Source: Alphaproteobacteria bacterium
GTDB lineage: Bacteria > Pseudomonadota > Alphaproteobacteria > UBA7887
Length of the DNA: 64,000 nt
Direction: 5' to 3'
NCBI GenBank assembly: GCA_965216755.1
Contig: CBDCGL010000011.1
Span: forward strand, 2,208,001-2,272,000
Part shown: piece by piece, positions 52,607 through 62,304 of the stretch
How the letters are laid out: each line of letters begins with the position of its first letter
Numbering within the stretch: position 1 is the stretch's first letter
Translations under genes and position numbers: made by a program
Notes under the pieces: generated by a model
What the model was told of the DNA's origin: nothing
The model's input: the letters and a program-made list of their open reading frames with translations, nothing else
Databases searched by the model: none

Positions 52607-54832
52607 TCAGTGGCGGCCCACGGCGCGCGCACCATGTGTCATCGTCACCAATGCCGCAACAAGAACCACCACCAGACCAATCCAAAGCCAGGTCATCATC
52701 GGATAGATGCGCAGCACAACCGGTACTGTCGACGGCGCGCGCACTAAGTCGGGCGACGCGCCCGCCGCTTGCGCCGTTGGCGCCTCGGCGCCAACCGCGG
52801 TATAGGAAATCGCCGGCAACCACACTTGCACATCGCGCCACCAGCCGCGATGAATAAACGGGTCAATGATTTGGCTTGCGCCGCTGATGGTGCGCGCATA
52901 ACGATAATCCAGAATTTCGCACATCAGACGGACCGGGCCCAAACCACCCGGCGCCGGCGGTTGGCTGTCACGATAGGCCGCTTGTCCGACAGCGCTTTGT
53001 ACGACGTCATCGCCGCGCCGCCGTTGCCACGCGACGCGACCGAGCGCCGAAAAGCCCCCGGCTTGGTCACCGCTGCCACGGCGGCCATCACGTGCAATTT
53101 GCTCGCGCTCGATGTCGACAGTGATCGCGTAGCCCCACGGGAAATCGATTGATTGGCCAAATCCCTCCGGAAAGCGTACGTCACGTTTGGTGTGGACATC
53201 ATAGACAGTGGCAACGGTGGCACTGAACAGGGCGACGACCAAGCCCGCATGGATGACACCAATCGGCAGGTAATAGCGCGTGACGACGCTATGGCGGCCG
53301 CGTCGGCGCATGCCGTCGATGGCCCAGACAAGGGCGGCCACAGCAAAATAGCCCATGGCCACCGCCAAACCGTCGAGCCAAGGAAATATCGCCGTCGTAT
53401 TAGCCGAGGTCATGCCTTTCCCGGTATAAAAAATCCCGGTCGGCGCGATGAAATACGGCACGAACGCGGTCGCGCAAATGACCGCGGCAGTGACGCCCCA
53501 ACGGCTTTGCCAGTGCCGAAGCGGCAGGAAATTGTGGCCGCCGGCCCAGCCGACGACAATACCAATCACCGCCAGCCAGGCATTGACCCCGAACCGATCG
53601 ACATCCCATTGGGCAAAAAGCTGATCCAGAGACTCGGCCTCGCGGGATGACACCCAGCGCGCCAAAAATGCAAAAAACGGTTTCAGCGAGGCCGGTCGGG
53701 GCCAATCCTGCCACTCAGCGATGTAGGCTTGGGCAATATAGCCAGCGGCGACGGTCGCCATGACCGTGAGCGCCAAAACCGCGATGGTGATCATCACGGC
53801 GGCCTCATTGCGGCGCGGCGCCTCCACGTTGCGGCCGCGCGCGCGCCACAATGCCCAGGGAATCGCGGCGGCAACAACAATGGCCCCGACCAGGATCCAC
53901 GGAAAAGACGTCTCGCCCACATAGCGGTGGGACGATGCCAAGGTTGGGGTCCGCGTGATAACCAGTGACAGCAACGCCGCCAGTGCGGTGGCAATGCCCA
54001 ACAGTGGGCTTAGGCGCGCATACGCACCATTGGCGCGATAGCGACGGATGGTATGCAACTGTGCGGACGCCAGGGCCCAGACGACAAACACCGATGTCTG
54101 GACGACATCCCAATGCCAAAACGCCCCAAAGGTAAAGTCTTCATAGGCCCACCACATACCGGCGGCAAGTCCGGCCGAAAGGATCAACCAGCCCCAACGC
54201 ATGTGACGGGCCGCGACCGCGGCCCATGCAGTCCCATCCCGCGCCAAGGCTTCAAACGCAGCGCCCATGGGCGCAACAAAAAAGGTGTAGGCCACAAAAA
54301 CCATCGGTGGATGCAACAACATCCAGAATCGCACCAAGTGCGCGTTCATGCCGCGTCCGTCCGCTGCCGCAAGATAGGCTTCGGGCGTTGCGGTGAAAGG
54401 CGACCACCACACGGCCCCCGACGCGAATAACGCCGTCACCAACAGGGCACCACGTCCCGTCCATGTTCCATAATTGGTCAGCGCGACGGCCGCCACGGCG
54501 CTGAAAGCACCGAGCCCCAGCAATGTCCCTTCATCGCCACCCCATAAATTAGCAAGCTTATAATACCAAGGCAGCGCGGTGGCGCTGTAAAGCCATACGT
54601 AATTGACGTTGAAACGATCGAATAGCAGCGCGTGCGCCAAGGCCAGCATCGCCGCGCACAACAGCACGGCGGCGATGGTGGCTGCCGCGTTTTGTCGACG
54701 TGGCATCAGGAGACCGCCGAGGATCGCCGCCAGCGCGCCAACCACCGAGATCTGTGACGCCAAGCCGCCGATCAGCATCAGCAGACCGGCCAAGAGTGCG
54801 GCGATGGTGACTGTTGTGAGCGTCCGGACCAC
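52607..54832 (-). CDS. Divergent CcmF/NrfE-type cytochrome c synthase (heme lyase); start uncertain
   Basis: WGGDEGTLL, LLHPP, WWAY...FGAFWHWDVVQTS...LH, SSHRY, GVIHAG and C-terminal YPMMTWLWIG; many TM helices. The track's longer start (55030) overlaps qhpE. Confidence 0.8.
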   Translation of the reverse strand: MVRTLTTVTIAALLAGLLMLIGGLASQISVVGALAAILGGLLMPRRQNAAATIAAVLLCAAMLALAHALLFDRFNVNYVWLYSATALPWYYKLANLWGGDEGTLLGLGAFSAVAAVALTNYGTWTGRGALLVTALFASGAVWWSPFTATPEAYLAAADGRGMNAHLVRFWMLLHPPMVFVAYTFFVAPMGAAFEALARDGTAWAAVAARHMRWGWLILSAGLAAGMWWAYEDFTFGAFWHWDVVQTSVFVVWALASAQLHTIRRYRANGAYARLSPLLGIATALAALLSLVITRTPTLASSHRYVGETSFPWILVGAIVVAAAIPWALWRARGRNVEAPRRNEAAVMITIAVLALTVMATVAAGYIAQAYIAEWQDWPRPASLKPFFAFLARWVSSREAESLDQLFAQWDVDRFGVNAWLAVIGIVVGWAGGHNFLPLRHWQSRWGVTAAVICATAFVPYFIAPTGIFYTGKGMTSANTTAIFPWLDGLAVAMGYFAVAALVWAIDGMRRRGRHSVVTRYYLPIGVIHAGLVVALFSATVATVYDVHTKRDVRFPEGFGQSIDFPWGYAITVDIEREQIARDGRRGSGDQAGGFSALGRVAWQRRRGDDVVQSAVGQAAYRDSQPPAPGGLGPVRLMCEILDYRYARTISGASQIIDPFIHRGWWRDVQVWLPAISYTAVGAEAPTAQAAGASPDLVRAPSTVPVVLRIYPMMTWLWIGLVVVLVAALVTMTHGARAVGRH

Positions 54833-54836
54833 CGGG

Positions 54837-55565
54837 TTATCGACCGCCGGGGTCGGCGCTGCCACGGCGCTCTGGGCCACAAAATCGTGCCATCTGCCGC
54901 AATCGGGCGATGGCCTGAGACGTGGTCCGCGGCTTGCGCGCGGCCGTATCCCGCGCCAGTAGACCGCATGCATGCGCGACGGCGAAACTGGCGCCGCCGG
55001 CGGATGGTACGTCGCGCTCACCAACAGCATCTAGCGGCCGAACATGGGCGCCGAAATCGGCCTGCGCGCTGTTGAGCCAAGAGATCTCATCGACGGCACA
55101 ACGCGCATCGCCGGTGATCCTGATTACACCGGGGTATGCGGCCGGATAAACCGGGTCACCTCGCGCCGGCGCCGAGGCCAGCAGCACGGCACCCGCGGCA
55201 CACGCGGCGGCGCATGCGGTTCGCAGGACCGGTCGGTCGGCCCTGAGTCCGAAGCTCAGCGTGATCAAATGCACGTCCTGGGATATCAGCCAGTCCAGGC
55301 CCGCGGCCACCACCTCGGCGGTCACCGGATGCCGACGTGTAAAGACTTGCGCGTTGACCAAGACCGCGTTCGGCGCGTGATGCCACATGATCCGAGCCAA
55401 CGCCCCGCCATGGCCAACTTGATCCGCTCGGGCGGGCCCAGTTTCGATTTGCCCGGCTTGGTTGCGTACAAAGCGGCGTTCGGCGATCACATGAGACACG
55501 CGGGCAGCATCCACACCGCTGTCCAACAAGCCAATACGCACTGCGGTATGGTCAGCGACTGTCAC
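54837..55565 (-). CDS. qhpE: Subtilisin-like serine protease QhpE (gamma-subunit leader peptidase)
   Basis: LLDSGVD (Asp), VGHG (His), YPAAYPGV and GASFA (Ser); lies in the qhp cluster with an ATGA overlap to qhpF. Confidence 0.85.
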   Translation of the reverse strand: MTVADHTAVRIGLLDSGVDAARVSHVIAERRFVRNQAGQIETGPARADQVGHGGALARIMWHHAPNAVLVNAQVFTRRHPVTAEVVAAGLDWLISQDVHLITLSFGLRADRPVLRTACAAACAAGAVLLASAPARGDPVYPAAYPGVIRITGDARCAVDEISWLNSAQADFGAHVRPLDAVGERDVPSAGGASFAVAHACGLLARDTAARKPRTTSQAIARLRQMARFCGPERRGSADPGGR

Positions 55566-57313
55566 GGCCGTGTGTCGTGGGTAGCGCGCCCGGACGACTG
55601 TGGCATCAATTGGCCATCGACCAAGGTCACGATTTCATCCGTACCAATCAGCGCATCGGGGCGATGCGAAATGATGATCCGCGTACGATCTGCAAAGGCG
55701 GCGTCGACCGCTTCAACCAACCGGCGTTCCGTTTCCAGATCCACGGCCGACGTGGCTTCGTCCATCACCAAAATACGCGGATCCTGCAACACCGCGCGCG
55801 CGATGGCCAGGCGCTGGCGTTGGCCGCCAGACAGGCGCGCGCCGCGCTCACCAACGGGCGTGTCATAGCCTTCTGGCAAAGTTGACACAAACGTGTCAAT
55901 TTGCGCGCGGGCGGCGGCAGCGCGCACCGCAGCAGCGTCGGCTTCCGGCGCAGCGTAGCGAATATTGTCGGCGATCGAACCACGAAACAGCACGATATCT
56001 TGGGCGACGACGGCAACCGTTTGGCGCAATGCCGCCAAATCCAGTTCACGCAGATCGATCCCATCAATCACGATGCGCCCAGCTTGAGGATCGAAATGGC
56101 GGTGCAAAAGATCTATCAGAGTTGTCTTGCCGGCCCCAGAAATGCCTGCCACGCCAACCTTCGTGCCCCCGCGAATGGTTAGGCTCGCGCCATCCAAAAC
56201 CACGCTTGAATCACCCGGATAGGCAAATTCAACTGAGTCAAAAACGACCCCGCCGACGCCATCCGCGGGCAGTGGCCGTGGCATCGCGGTCGGACGAACA
56301 GCAGGCCGTGCCATGGTCAGGCTGCGCACGCGATCCAGACTGACAGCCATACGCATCATACCAATATAAACACCGAACAGACTTTGCACCGGCCCCACGG
56401 CAAATCCGAGATAGGTTGAGAACGCAATCAATGTGCCGATGGTCAGCTCACCCCTGATGATCATCGCGCCGCCGGCCAAAAAGACGAGCGCTCGACTAGC
56501 CGAAGTCAGCAGGTTGGGTACCGCGGCGGTAAGAAACTCGGTCACTTGCAGCCGCAACAAGTCGCCAAGATAGCGTTGATTGAGGCGGCGCAAGCGCGCC
56601 ACCTCGCGCGCTTCGGCAGCGACCGATTGGATGAACTTCATCGCCGGTAAGGTTTCAACCAGAAACGCGGTCAAATCACTCAATCGTTCGCGCACAGTGC
56701 GCGTGCGCACTTCGACGCGCGGCCGCATGCGGCGCAGAAACAAAGCCTCGACCGGTAAAAGGACGAGGGCGACCAGCGTCAATTCCCAGCTTAGCCACAG
56801 CATCAGTGCCAAGGCACCGATCAGGCCCAATACGCCATTGACGGCCGCCAGCACGGCATCAACGCTGAAGCGCTGCAACGCAGCTACATCGCCATCAAGT
56901 TTCTGCAGCACGTCGCCACTGCGCGCTGCGGCAAAATATGCGGGCGACAAGGTCTGCAAATGACCGTACACCGCCTCGCGCATGGTAAACAGGACCAAGC
57001 CGGACAATTTGACGTGCTGGTAGCGGTTGACGCCACCCACGCCCAGATTCACGATCCCGGTCGCCAAAAGCAGTCCGGTCAACGCCGTCAACCAAGCGAA
57101 ATCCCCGGCTAGGATGCCATCGTCGATGATCAGCTTCATGATGTAGGGCTGGGCGGTAATGATCGCCGTGGCCAGCGCAGACAGTACCAAGACTGCGATC
57201 AATCGGCCCTTGTGCGGTCGCACATAGCCGAACAACCAGCGCAACGACTCGGCGTCCAGGAGCGACGGGATCGAAGGCGCCACCTGCGGCTCAGCCATAC
57301 CCGCCAGCGCCAT
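55562..57313 (-). CDS. qhpF: ABC exporter QhpF (fused permease/ATPase)
   Basis: 6-TM domain plus GISGAGKT, LSGGQRQR and MDEATS; directly after qhpB. Confidence 0.85.
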   Translation of the reverse strand: MALAGMAEPQVAPSIPSLLDAESLRWLFGYVRPHKGRLIAVLVLSALATAIITAQPYIMKLIIDDGILAGDFAWLTALTGLLLATGIVNLGVGGVNRYQHVKLSGLVLFTMREAVYGHLQTLSPAYFAAARSGDVLQKLDGDVAALQRFSVDAVLAAVNGVLGLIGALALMLWLSWELTLVALVLLPVEALFLRRMRPRVEVRTRTVRERLSDLTAFLVETLPAMKFIQSVAAEAREVARLRRLNQRYLGDLLRLQVTEFLTAAVPNLLTSASRALVFLAGGAMIIRGELTIGTLIAFSTYLGFAVGPVQSLFGVYIGMMRMAVSLDRVRSLTMARPAVRPTAMPRPLPADGVGGVVFDSVEFAYPGDSSVVLDGASLTIRGGTKVGVAGISGAGKTTLIDLLHRHFDPQAGRIVIDGIDLRELDLAALRQTVAVVAQDIVLFRGSIADNIRYAAPEADAAAVRAAAARAQIDTFVSTLPEGYDTPVGERGARLSGGQRQRLAIARAVLQDPRILVMDEATSAVDLETERRLVEAVDAAFADRTRIIISHRPDALIGTDEIVTLVDGQLMPQSSGRATHDTRP

Positions 57314-57336
57314 TGCGCGAACCAGGGCGGATATAG

Positions 57337-57366
57337 AAAAAGGGGGCCGGCCCTACGCCGCCCCCC
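57337..57366 (-). terminator. Putative intrinsic terminator after qhpB
   Basis: Minus strand reads GGGGGGCGGC-GTAGG-GCCGGCCCCC-TTTTT (one mismatch in the stem). Confidence 0.55.
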
Positions 57367-57390
57367 ATACCCACTCCGCTCGTAGAAAGC

Positions 57391-58518
57391 TTATCGTTGG
57401 ACCACACGAAACGTGCCGGCGCCTTGGTCGCCACCGCCCGGCAATTCGATCGTCGCAATCTGTTCCAGAGTTTCGGTTGAATGAATAGCGATGTCGTCGA
57501 ACGTGCTACCGATGTAAATCTCGGACCCATCACTCGACACGATCGCCGAATAATAAGTGTGATCTAGCTCGATGCGATGGACCAGGTCGCCGGTGTCCAA
57601 ATCGTACTTGCTGAGGTGCGAGTAGACGCCATAGATGTGCTTGGGATCAGTGGGGCTTTTGGCCAGCGAAAAGATAATCAGGTCCATCGACGCGATCGGC
57701 ACCTGGCTCACCTCGTTGGTGGTCAAATCGATCATTGTCGCGCCCAGTTTGAAATCTACCATCTCATCGAAATTACCCGCGTCGCGCGCTTCGCGGCTGG
57801 AAAACTCTGGCGCGCCAAACGGCATCACCATGGTTTCAGTGGTTTCGTAGATCGGCCAAAACGCCAGACCGTCGGGCGTGCCGTACGTTGGCTGGGTCTC
57901 CTGCCAATACAAGATCGGAATGGTCTCGACAATGGTGCCGGACGCCATGTGAATCTTGTACAGATCATGACCGCCCGCCCAGATATGCTCGCCGTCGGCC
58001 GACGGCGCCATGATGGTCAAACCACGCGGCACGTCGAAGGTACGTGTCGGCGTCGCCTCTAAGCCGGCGGTGGCATCAAAAACCGCCACCCGGTGTGGCA
58101 AGATCGTGTAGCGATCGCTGAGCAGCTCGACCCGCGATTGCATCGCATAGATCTCACTGCCGTCGCGTGTCACCGTCATGGCACCGATCGTTTTGCCGCG
58201 AATATTGCCTTCCGACATATTGGCGCGGAACACTTCTTCGCAGGTGTCCAGGTTGATGCCCGAAATTTCGCCCCAGCCCGCGGTGACGACATAGGCGACG
58301 TCGCCGTCCGGATTGACAGACACGGTCAGCGGCGAGCCGCGTCCTGGAATATCGCAATCGCGCACCACCTCGCGCGCGGCGACATCGATCAAGAACAGCT
58401 TGTTCGGTTTGCTGATAGCGACAATAAAATCGGCAGACAGGGCCGGCGTCGCCGCAGACAGCGCGACTCCGGCGAGCCCAACCGTCGCGATCAGTGCATG
58501 CGTCAGGACTTTGCTCAC
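57391..58518 (-). CDS. qhpB: Quinohemoprotein amine dehydrogenase beta subunit
   Basis: GTG start after GGGAGG; signal peptide; KPNKLFLID, PDGLAFW and LDHTYY beta-propeller; follows qhpC. Confidence 0.9.
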   Translation of the reverse strand: MSKVLTHALIATVGLAGVALSAATPALSADFIVAISKPNKLFLIDVAAREVVRDCDIPGRGSPLTVSVNPDGDVAYVVTAGWGEISGINLDTCEEVFRANMSEGNIRGKTIGAMTVTRDGSEIYAMQSRVELLSDRYTILPHRVAVFDATAGLEATPTRTFDVPRGLTIMAPSADGEHIWAGGHDLYKIHMASGTIVETIPILYWQETQPTYGTPDGLAFWPIYETTETMVMPFGAPEFSSREARDAGNFDEMVDFKLGATMIDLTTNEVSQVPIASMDLIIFSLAKSPTDPKHIYGVYSHLSKYDLDTGDLVHRIELDHTYYSAIVSSDGSEIYIGSTFDDIAIHSTETLEQIATIELPGGGDQGAGTFRVVQR

Positions 58519-58574
58519 CTTATCCTCCCACGTTTTTTTCTTCTTTGGCTCACCGGCGTGATGTCTCGCCTGCC

Positions 58575-58907
58575 CTACACCGTGCCGTCGCCGGTTGGAA
58601 ACACTGATTCCAGCAGCCGCCAGTCGCGTTCGGCCGACGGCGCATTGGCGTTCCAGTCTGGATAGGTATTCAGCGTATCCGGTACCTGGGCCGGCCACCA
58701 GCATGGGTCGGCACAACCGTACAGATCAGCCTCCATGGGCTGACACAGCGACGCGACACCGCCGAACGGATCGACTTCCCAACCGGGATCCAGGGTGGTC
58801 GAGCAACCGGCGACGACTTGCATCATCATCACTTCCTCGACCTGGCCACCGTCGATCGCTTTATCGACCACGTCCGCCTTTCTGTTCATGGACTTCAGAT
58901 GCTTCAT
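58575..58907 (-). CDS. qhpC: Quinohemoprotein amine dehydrogenase gamma subunit precursor (CTQ-bearing)
   Basis: 28-aa MKHLK leader, then core [13 protein letters not shown]...[24 protein letters not shown]. Confidence 0.97.
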   Translation of the reverse strand: MKHLKSMNRKADVVDKAIDGGQVEEVMMMQVVAGCSTTLDPGWEVDPFGGVASLCQPMEADLYGCADPCWWPAQVPDTLNTYPDWNANAPSAERDWRLLESVFPTGDGTV

Positions 58908-60337
58908 TTGTAAGCCCTCCGAGGCTCGATATGTCTGGCAAAAAAGCCTGGGTTCCGATTCATGATCCGGGTGTAAACGTCGATACCGAAGTCGACCCAG
59001 TCACGCATCAGATCGCAATAGTGATAGGTCGGGTGCACCGGATCGTTGTAGTGGGCATAACTCTCATGATAGCAGCCGCCCGAGCATAAATTCCGAATTC
59101 GACAGGTGTCGCAGCCGCGATCGGTCCGGTCGAGTCGTGACTCGAGGAATTTCCCCAACCTCGGCTTGTCCAAACCCGCATCGACGTCGCCGAAGGTGTC
59201 CAGATCTGAACCGGTAAAGCGATGGCACAGATTGATGCCGCCGCCGGTGTCAACGGCAACCAGGCCCAGTCCGGCGCCACAAGGCAACGCTTTGGTCATG
59301 CCCTCCGACAGATCGGTCATCAGCTGATGCATATTGCCGAAGCCGATATTGCGGTCTTCGCACGCCGCGTCCTGGTAATTGCGGCCGAGCGTCTTCATGC
59401 CGGCGAAGACTTCGGCCAATTCGTCACCGTTCAATTTGAACAAGGCGTTATCGGACGACGTCACCGGCGAAAAGCCGACCTCGTGAAAACCAATATCGTT
59501 GATAAGATGATCCCAAATCGCCACCACGTCGGTGACCCCGGCGGTCAACGTGACCCGTGCGCCGATTGGCCGTGAATCGTAGCGGTCCAACAGCATCCTG
59601 GCTTTCGCCGCGACCACGTCATAGGTGCCAGCGCCGCCCACCGTGCGGCGATTGATATCGTGCAGGGCCTTTGGCCCGTCCATGCTGATGGTCAGGCCGA
59701 AGCGATGCCGATTGAGATAGTCGACAATCGGCGCGGTCAGCATGGTCGCGTTGCTGGTCATGGTAAAATCGACGCGCTTACCCAATTCGCGCGCGCGCCG
59801 TTCGGCATACTCGACCACGTCCTTAATCAGCGGCAAATTGGTCAACGGTTCGCCACCGAAAAACACGACATTGAAACGATCGCGCGCGCGCCCTTCCTCG
59901 AGCAGCATTTCGATGCTCTTGACCGCCGTCTCGAACGACATTTTGTCGCCCTTGGCGGGCGTTGTCAGATCTTCTTTGTAGCAATAGGTACAGCCCAGAT
60001 TGCAACCGGTGTTGACGTTCAAGACAACGGTGGAAAGCGGAAAATTCTCTATCTTGATCTGCTTTTGTCGAGCGCGCACCGGGCGGCCATCGCTGACCAC
60101 CTCAAGGTCAATGAATTCCTGCAGGGCTTCGGTCACTTCTTTGGGCGGCACGCGGCCTTCAAAACGGGCGCGGACATCGCCCGCGGTCACGGATCGCGTT
60201 TCCGCGAACAAATCCATGATTTCACGGCCGACCGGATCGAGCTCGAACAAACTGCTGGTCGGAATATGAAACAGCATCCGCCGCGGTCCGACATCGACCT
60301 GGTGGACATTGCTGTCAACCAATTGCAGCGTGGTCAT
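58904..60337 (-). CDS. qhpD: Radical SAM/SPASM thioether-forming maturase QhpD
   Basis: [11 protein letters not shown]-terminus, [19 protein letters not shown] and SPASM CGAG...CHRF...CDTC...CSGGCYHE. Confidence 0.95.
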   Translation of the reverse strand: MTTLQLVDSNVHQVDVGPRRMLFHIPTSSLFELDPVGREIMDLFAETRSVTAGDVRARFEGRVPPKEVTEALQEFIDLEVVSDGRPVRARQKQIKIENFPLSTVVLNVNTGCNLGCTYCYKEDLTTPAKGDKMSFETAVKSIEMLLEEGRARDRFNVVFFGGEPLTNLPLIKDVVEYAERRARELGKRVDFTMTSNATMLTAPIVDYLNRHRFGLTISMDGPKALHDINRRTVGGAGTYDVVAAKARMLLDRYDSRPIGARVTLTAGVTDVVAIWDHLINDIGFHEVGFSPVTSSDNALFKLNGDELAEVFAGMKTLGRNYQDAACEDRNIGFGNMHQLMTDLSEGMTKALPCGAGLGLVAVDTGGGINLCHRFTGSDLDTFGDVDAGLDKPRLGKFLESRLDRTDRGCDTCRIRNLCSGGCYHESYAHYNDPVHPTYHYCDLMRDWVDFGIDVYTRIMNRNPGFFARHIEPRRAYK

Positions 60338-60427
60338 CGGTGCCCCCGCATGTCCGCATGCGGCGCACATTTTTGCCTGCGCCGCATGCTTTTTCGTTTG
60401 GGGTTCTTGGCTGGGATCATGACCGCG

Positions 60428-62029
60428 TTACCGAATCGGCGGATCGTTCCAGCGTTGCACGGTGACGATAAGCTGCCCGGAGCCGACCACCTCGTTGCCA
60501 TCGTCATTGATGGTGGCGTCGACCCGCAAATTGCCAGCGTTGTTGGTCCGGAATGGCCGCTCTGGATTCAAGCCCGCGCCAGCCGGTACATAGACCCCGG
60601 TATTGGGATCCATTGCGCCGGCGTATTTTTCATCCTCCAGCTCGGCCGCCACTTCGTCAAACGGTACCGCAGCCCAAGTCGCGGGCATTGAACCGATGCG
60701 AATATCGTCATCGGTTCCGGCCTCACCGTCGGCCCCGTTGGCGTAGGCGACCGCGTCAAACACCGCATTGACCAAGGGCGTCAGTCCGCCATTGCCGCCA
60801 ACCCGCGCGATGTTGTACGGCGGCTCGACTTGAACCGAATCGACTTGGGTATAGACCGCGAACAACCCGTCGGCCTGGCTGCCGCCGACCGAGATCCCGC
60901 GCCCGCCAACGGCGGCATCGGCCGCCGCCTCGGCACGCACGACGATCGTGTTTGCATCGGCGGACACGGTTTCCAGCACGGCTACGCCGTCGCCCAAGCT
61001 GACGTCGCCACTGAGGCCCGTGCCATGCACCGCGATCTCCGCGGTCTGGCCAGATTTCAGATAGGCCGGCTGAACGGCCATAATGTGGCCGCCCGACCCA
61101 TCGCGCACGGCGACGATATTGGCGCCGAACTCATCCGCACCCAACTGAAATGCGCGGCCCGCAATGCGGTTGCCATCCTCGGAAACGGTAAAAACGGATC
61201 GGTTGACGTCGCCGCGACTGTTGGTCGACCGTCCACGCCATTCATAGCCGGTATAAAGAATGCTCTCGCCCGTGCCCGAGACGGTTGAGCCATCGGGATA
61301 GGTCGCCTCAAACGAATAGCTATATCTGTCGTCGCCTATGCTCTCGACCGTCATCATACCTTGTGACACGCCGCGGCTGGGCGCGTGCGCCACGACCCGC
61401 CAGCTTCCGGACAAGTCGGGGCTCTGAAATCCTTTCCAGGCGTTCCACGCGTCGGTTTCGAAGGGAAAGCGCTCCGTCAACCAATCGACCGTATCCGTCG
61501 TCGCAATCTCAAACCACTCGCGGTCGCGACCATAGAATTGATATTCCGTGGTCGGCCATTGGCCAAGATGGAAATGGACGTGCAACAACCATTCGTTGCG
61601 CGTGCGCCGCTGTAACGCGCCGCGCGCGCCACTGTGGCAGCGTGCGCACATCAGACCATATTCGTCCGGGAAGTCTTCGATCGCGCCGGGCCGTTTCTCT
61701 AGAATATACCGATAAGGTTCAGTCTCGGCGGGTGCTAGGCCCTGGGTATCGGAAAGGTACTTGACCAAGGCGCGCCGTTCCTCGGCCGAGACTTCGACGC
61801 CGTGCATGATGCCCATCCGCACTATCGTCATCAGCCACCCTTCGGGCGTTTTGCGCTGCTCGGCAACGCGACTGAGGCCGCCATCCTCTTGAGTATGGCA
61901 ACTACCACAGCGAGCATTGAGAATTTCGGGTCCATCCGCCGCCGTCGCGACGCGGGTGGCGCCACCTGCCGCAAGGTTTAGCGACACCAAAATCGCAAGC
62001 GCCACAGGGCTATAGAAACCTATGCGCAT
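60428..62029 (-). CDS. qhpA: Quinohemoprotein amine dehydrogenase alpha subunit (di-heme c)
   Basis: ATG 62029 after GGGGAGG; Sec-type signal; CGSCH, QRKTPEGW..T..RM, CARCH, YTGYEWR and TVQRWN.PPIR. Confidence 0.96.
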   Translation of the reverse strand: MRIGFYSPVALAILVSLNLAAGGATRVATAADGPEILNARCGSCHTQEDGGLSRVAEQRKTPEGWLMTIVRMGIMHGVEVSAEERRALVKYLSDTQGLAPAETEPYRYILEKRPGAIEDFPDEYGLMCARCHSGARGALQRRTRNEWLLHVHFHLGQWPTTEYQFYGRDREWFEIATTDTVDWLTERFPFETDAWNAWKGFQSPDLSGSWRVVAHAPSRGVSQGMMTVESIGDDRYSYSFEATYPDGSTVSGTGESILYTGYEWRGRSTNSRGDVNRSVFTVSEDGNRIAGRAFQLGADEFGANIVAVRDGSGGHIMAVQPAYLKSGQTAEIAVHGTGLSGDVSLGDGVAVLETVSADANTIVVRAEAAADAAVGGRGISVGGSQADGLFAVYTQVDSVQVEPPYNIARVGGNGGLTPLVNAVFDAVAYANGADGEAGTDDDIRIGSMPATWAAVPFDEVAAELEDEKYAGAMDPNTGVYVPAGAGLNPERPFRTNNAGNLRVDATINDDGNEVVGSGQLIVTVQRWNDPPIR

Positions 62030-62105
62030 AACCTCCCCTTCCTCCGACTTCGGCCGCACATACACGCGACGGCCGCAGCGCGGCTTATTCTTGATGATTA
62101 ATGAA

Positions 62106-62134
62106 ATGTTCTTGTGAAACGGGCGGCGAGTCAA
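62106..62134 (-). promoter_or_regulatory. Putative sigma70-type promoter of qhpA
   Basis: Minus strand TTGACT-N17-GAACAT in an AT-rich patch about 80-105 bp upstream of qhpA. Confidence 0.35.
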
Positions 62135-62304
62135 GGCGCCCGAAATCACGATAATCGGCCGTGAGGTGCCTGATGGAAGAGGTTGCGCCGGTCGCGACCG
62201 CGCGCAGCACAAAAAACTGCGCTCAGCCGCCGGCCTCTCGTCTTGACACGCACCAACGCCCAACATGCCCGACCGCACGACGTCCGGTAGGGTTATGGGG
62301 TTCG

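Noticed and set aside
62030-62278. Long N-terminal extensions in the ORF track for qhpA (also qhpB, the CcmF-like gene, Fe-ADH, degP, di-heme cytochrome)
   Set aside because: Downstream starts have better SD sequences or signal peptides; the extensions overlap neighbouring genes or promoters.
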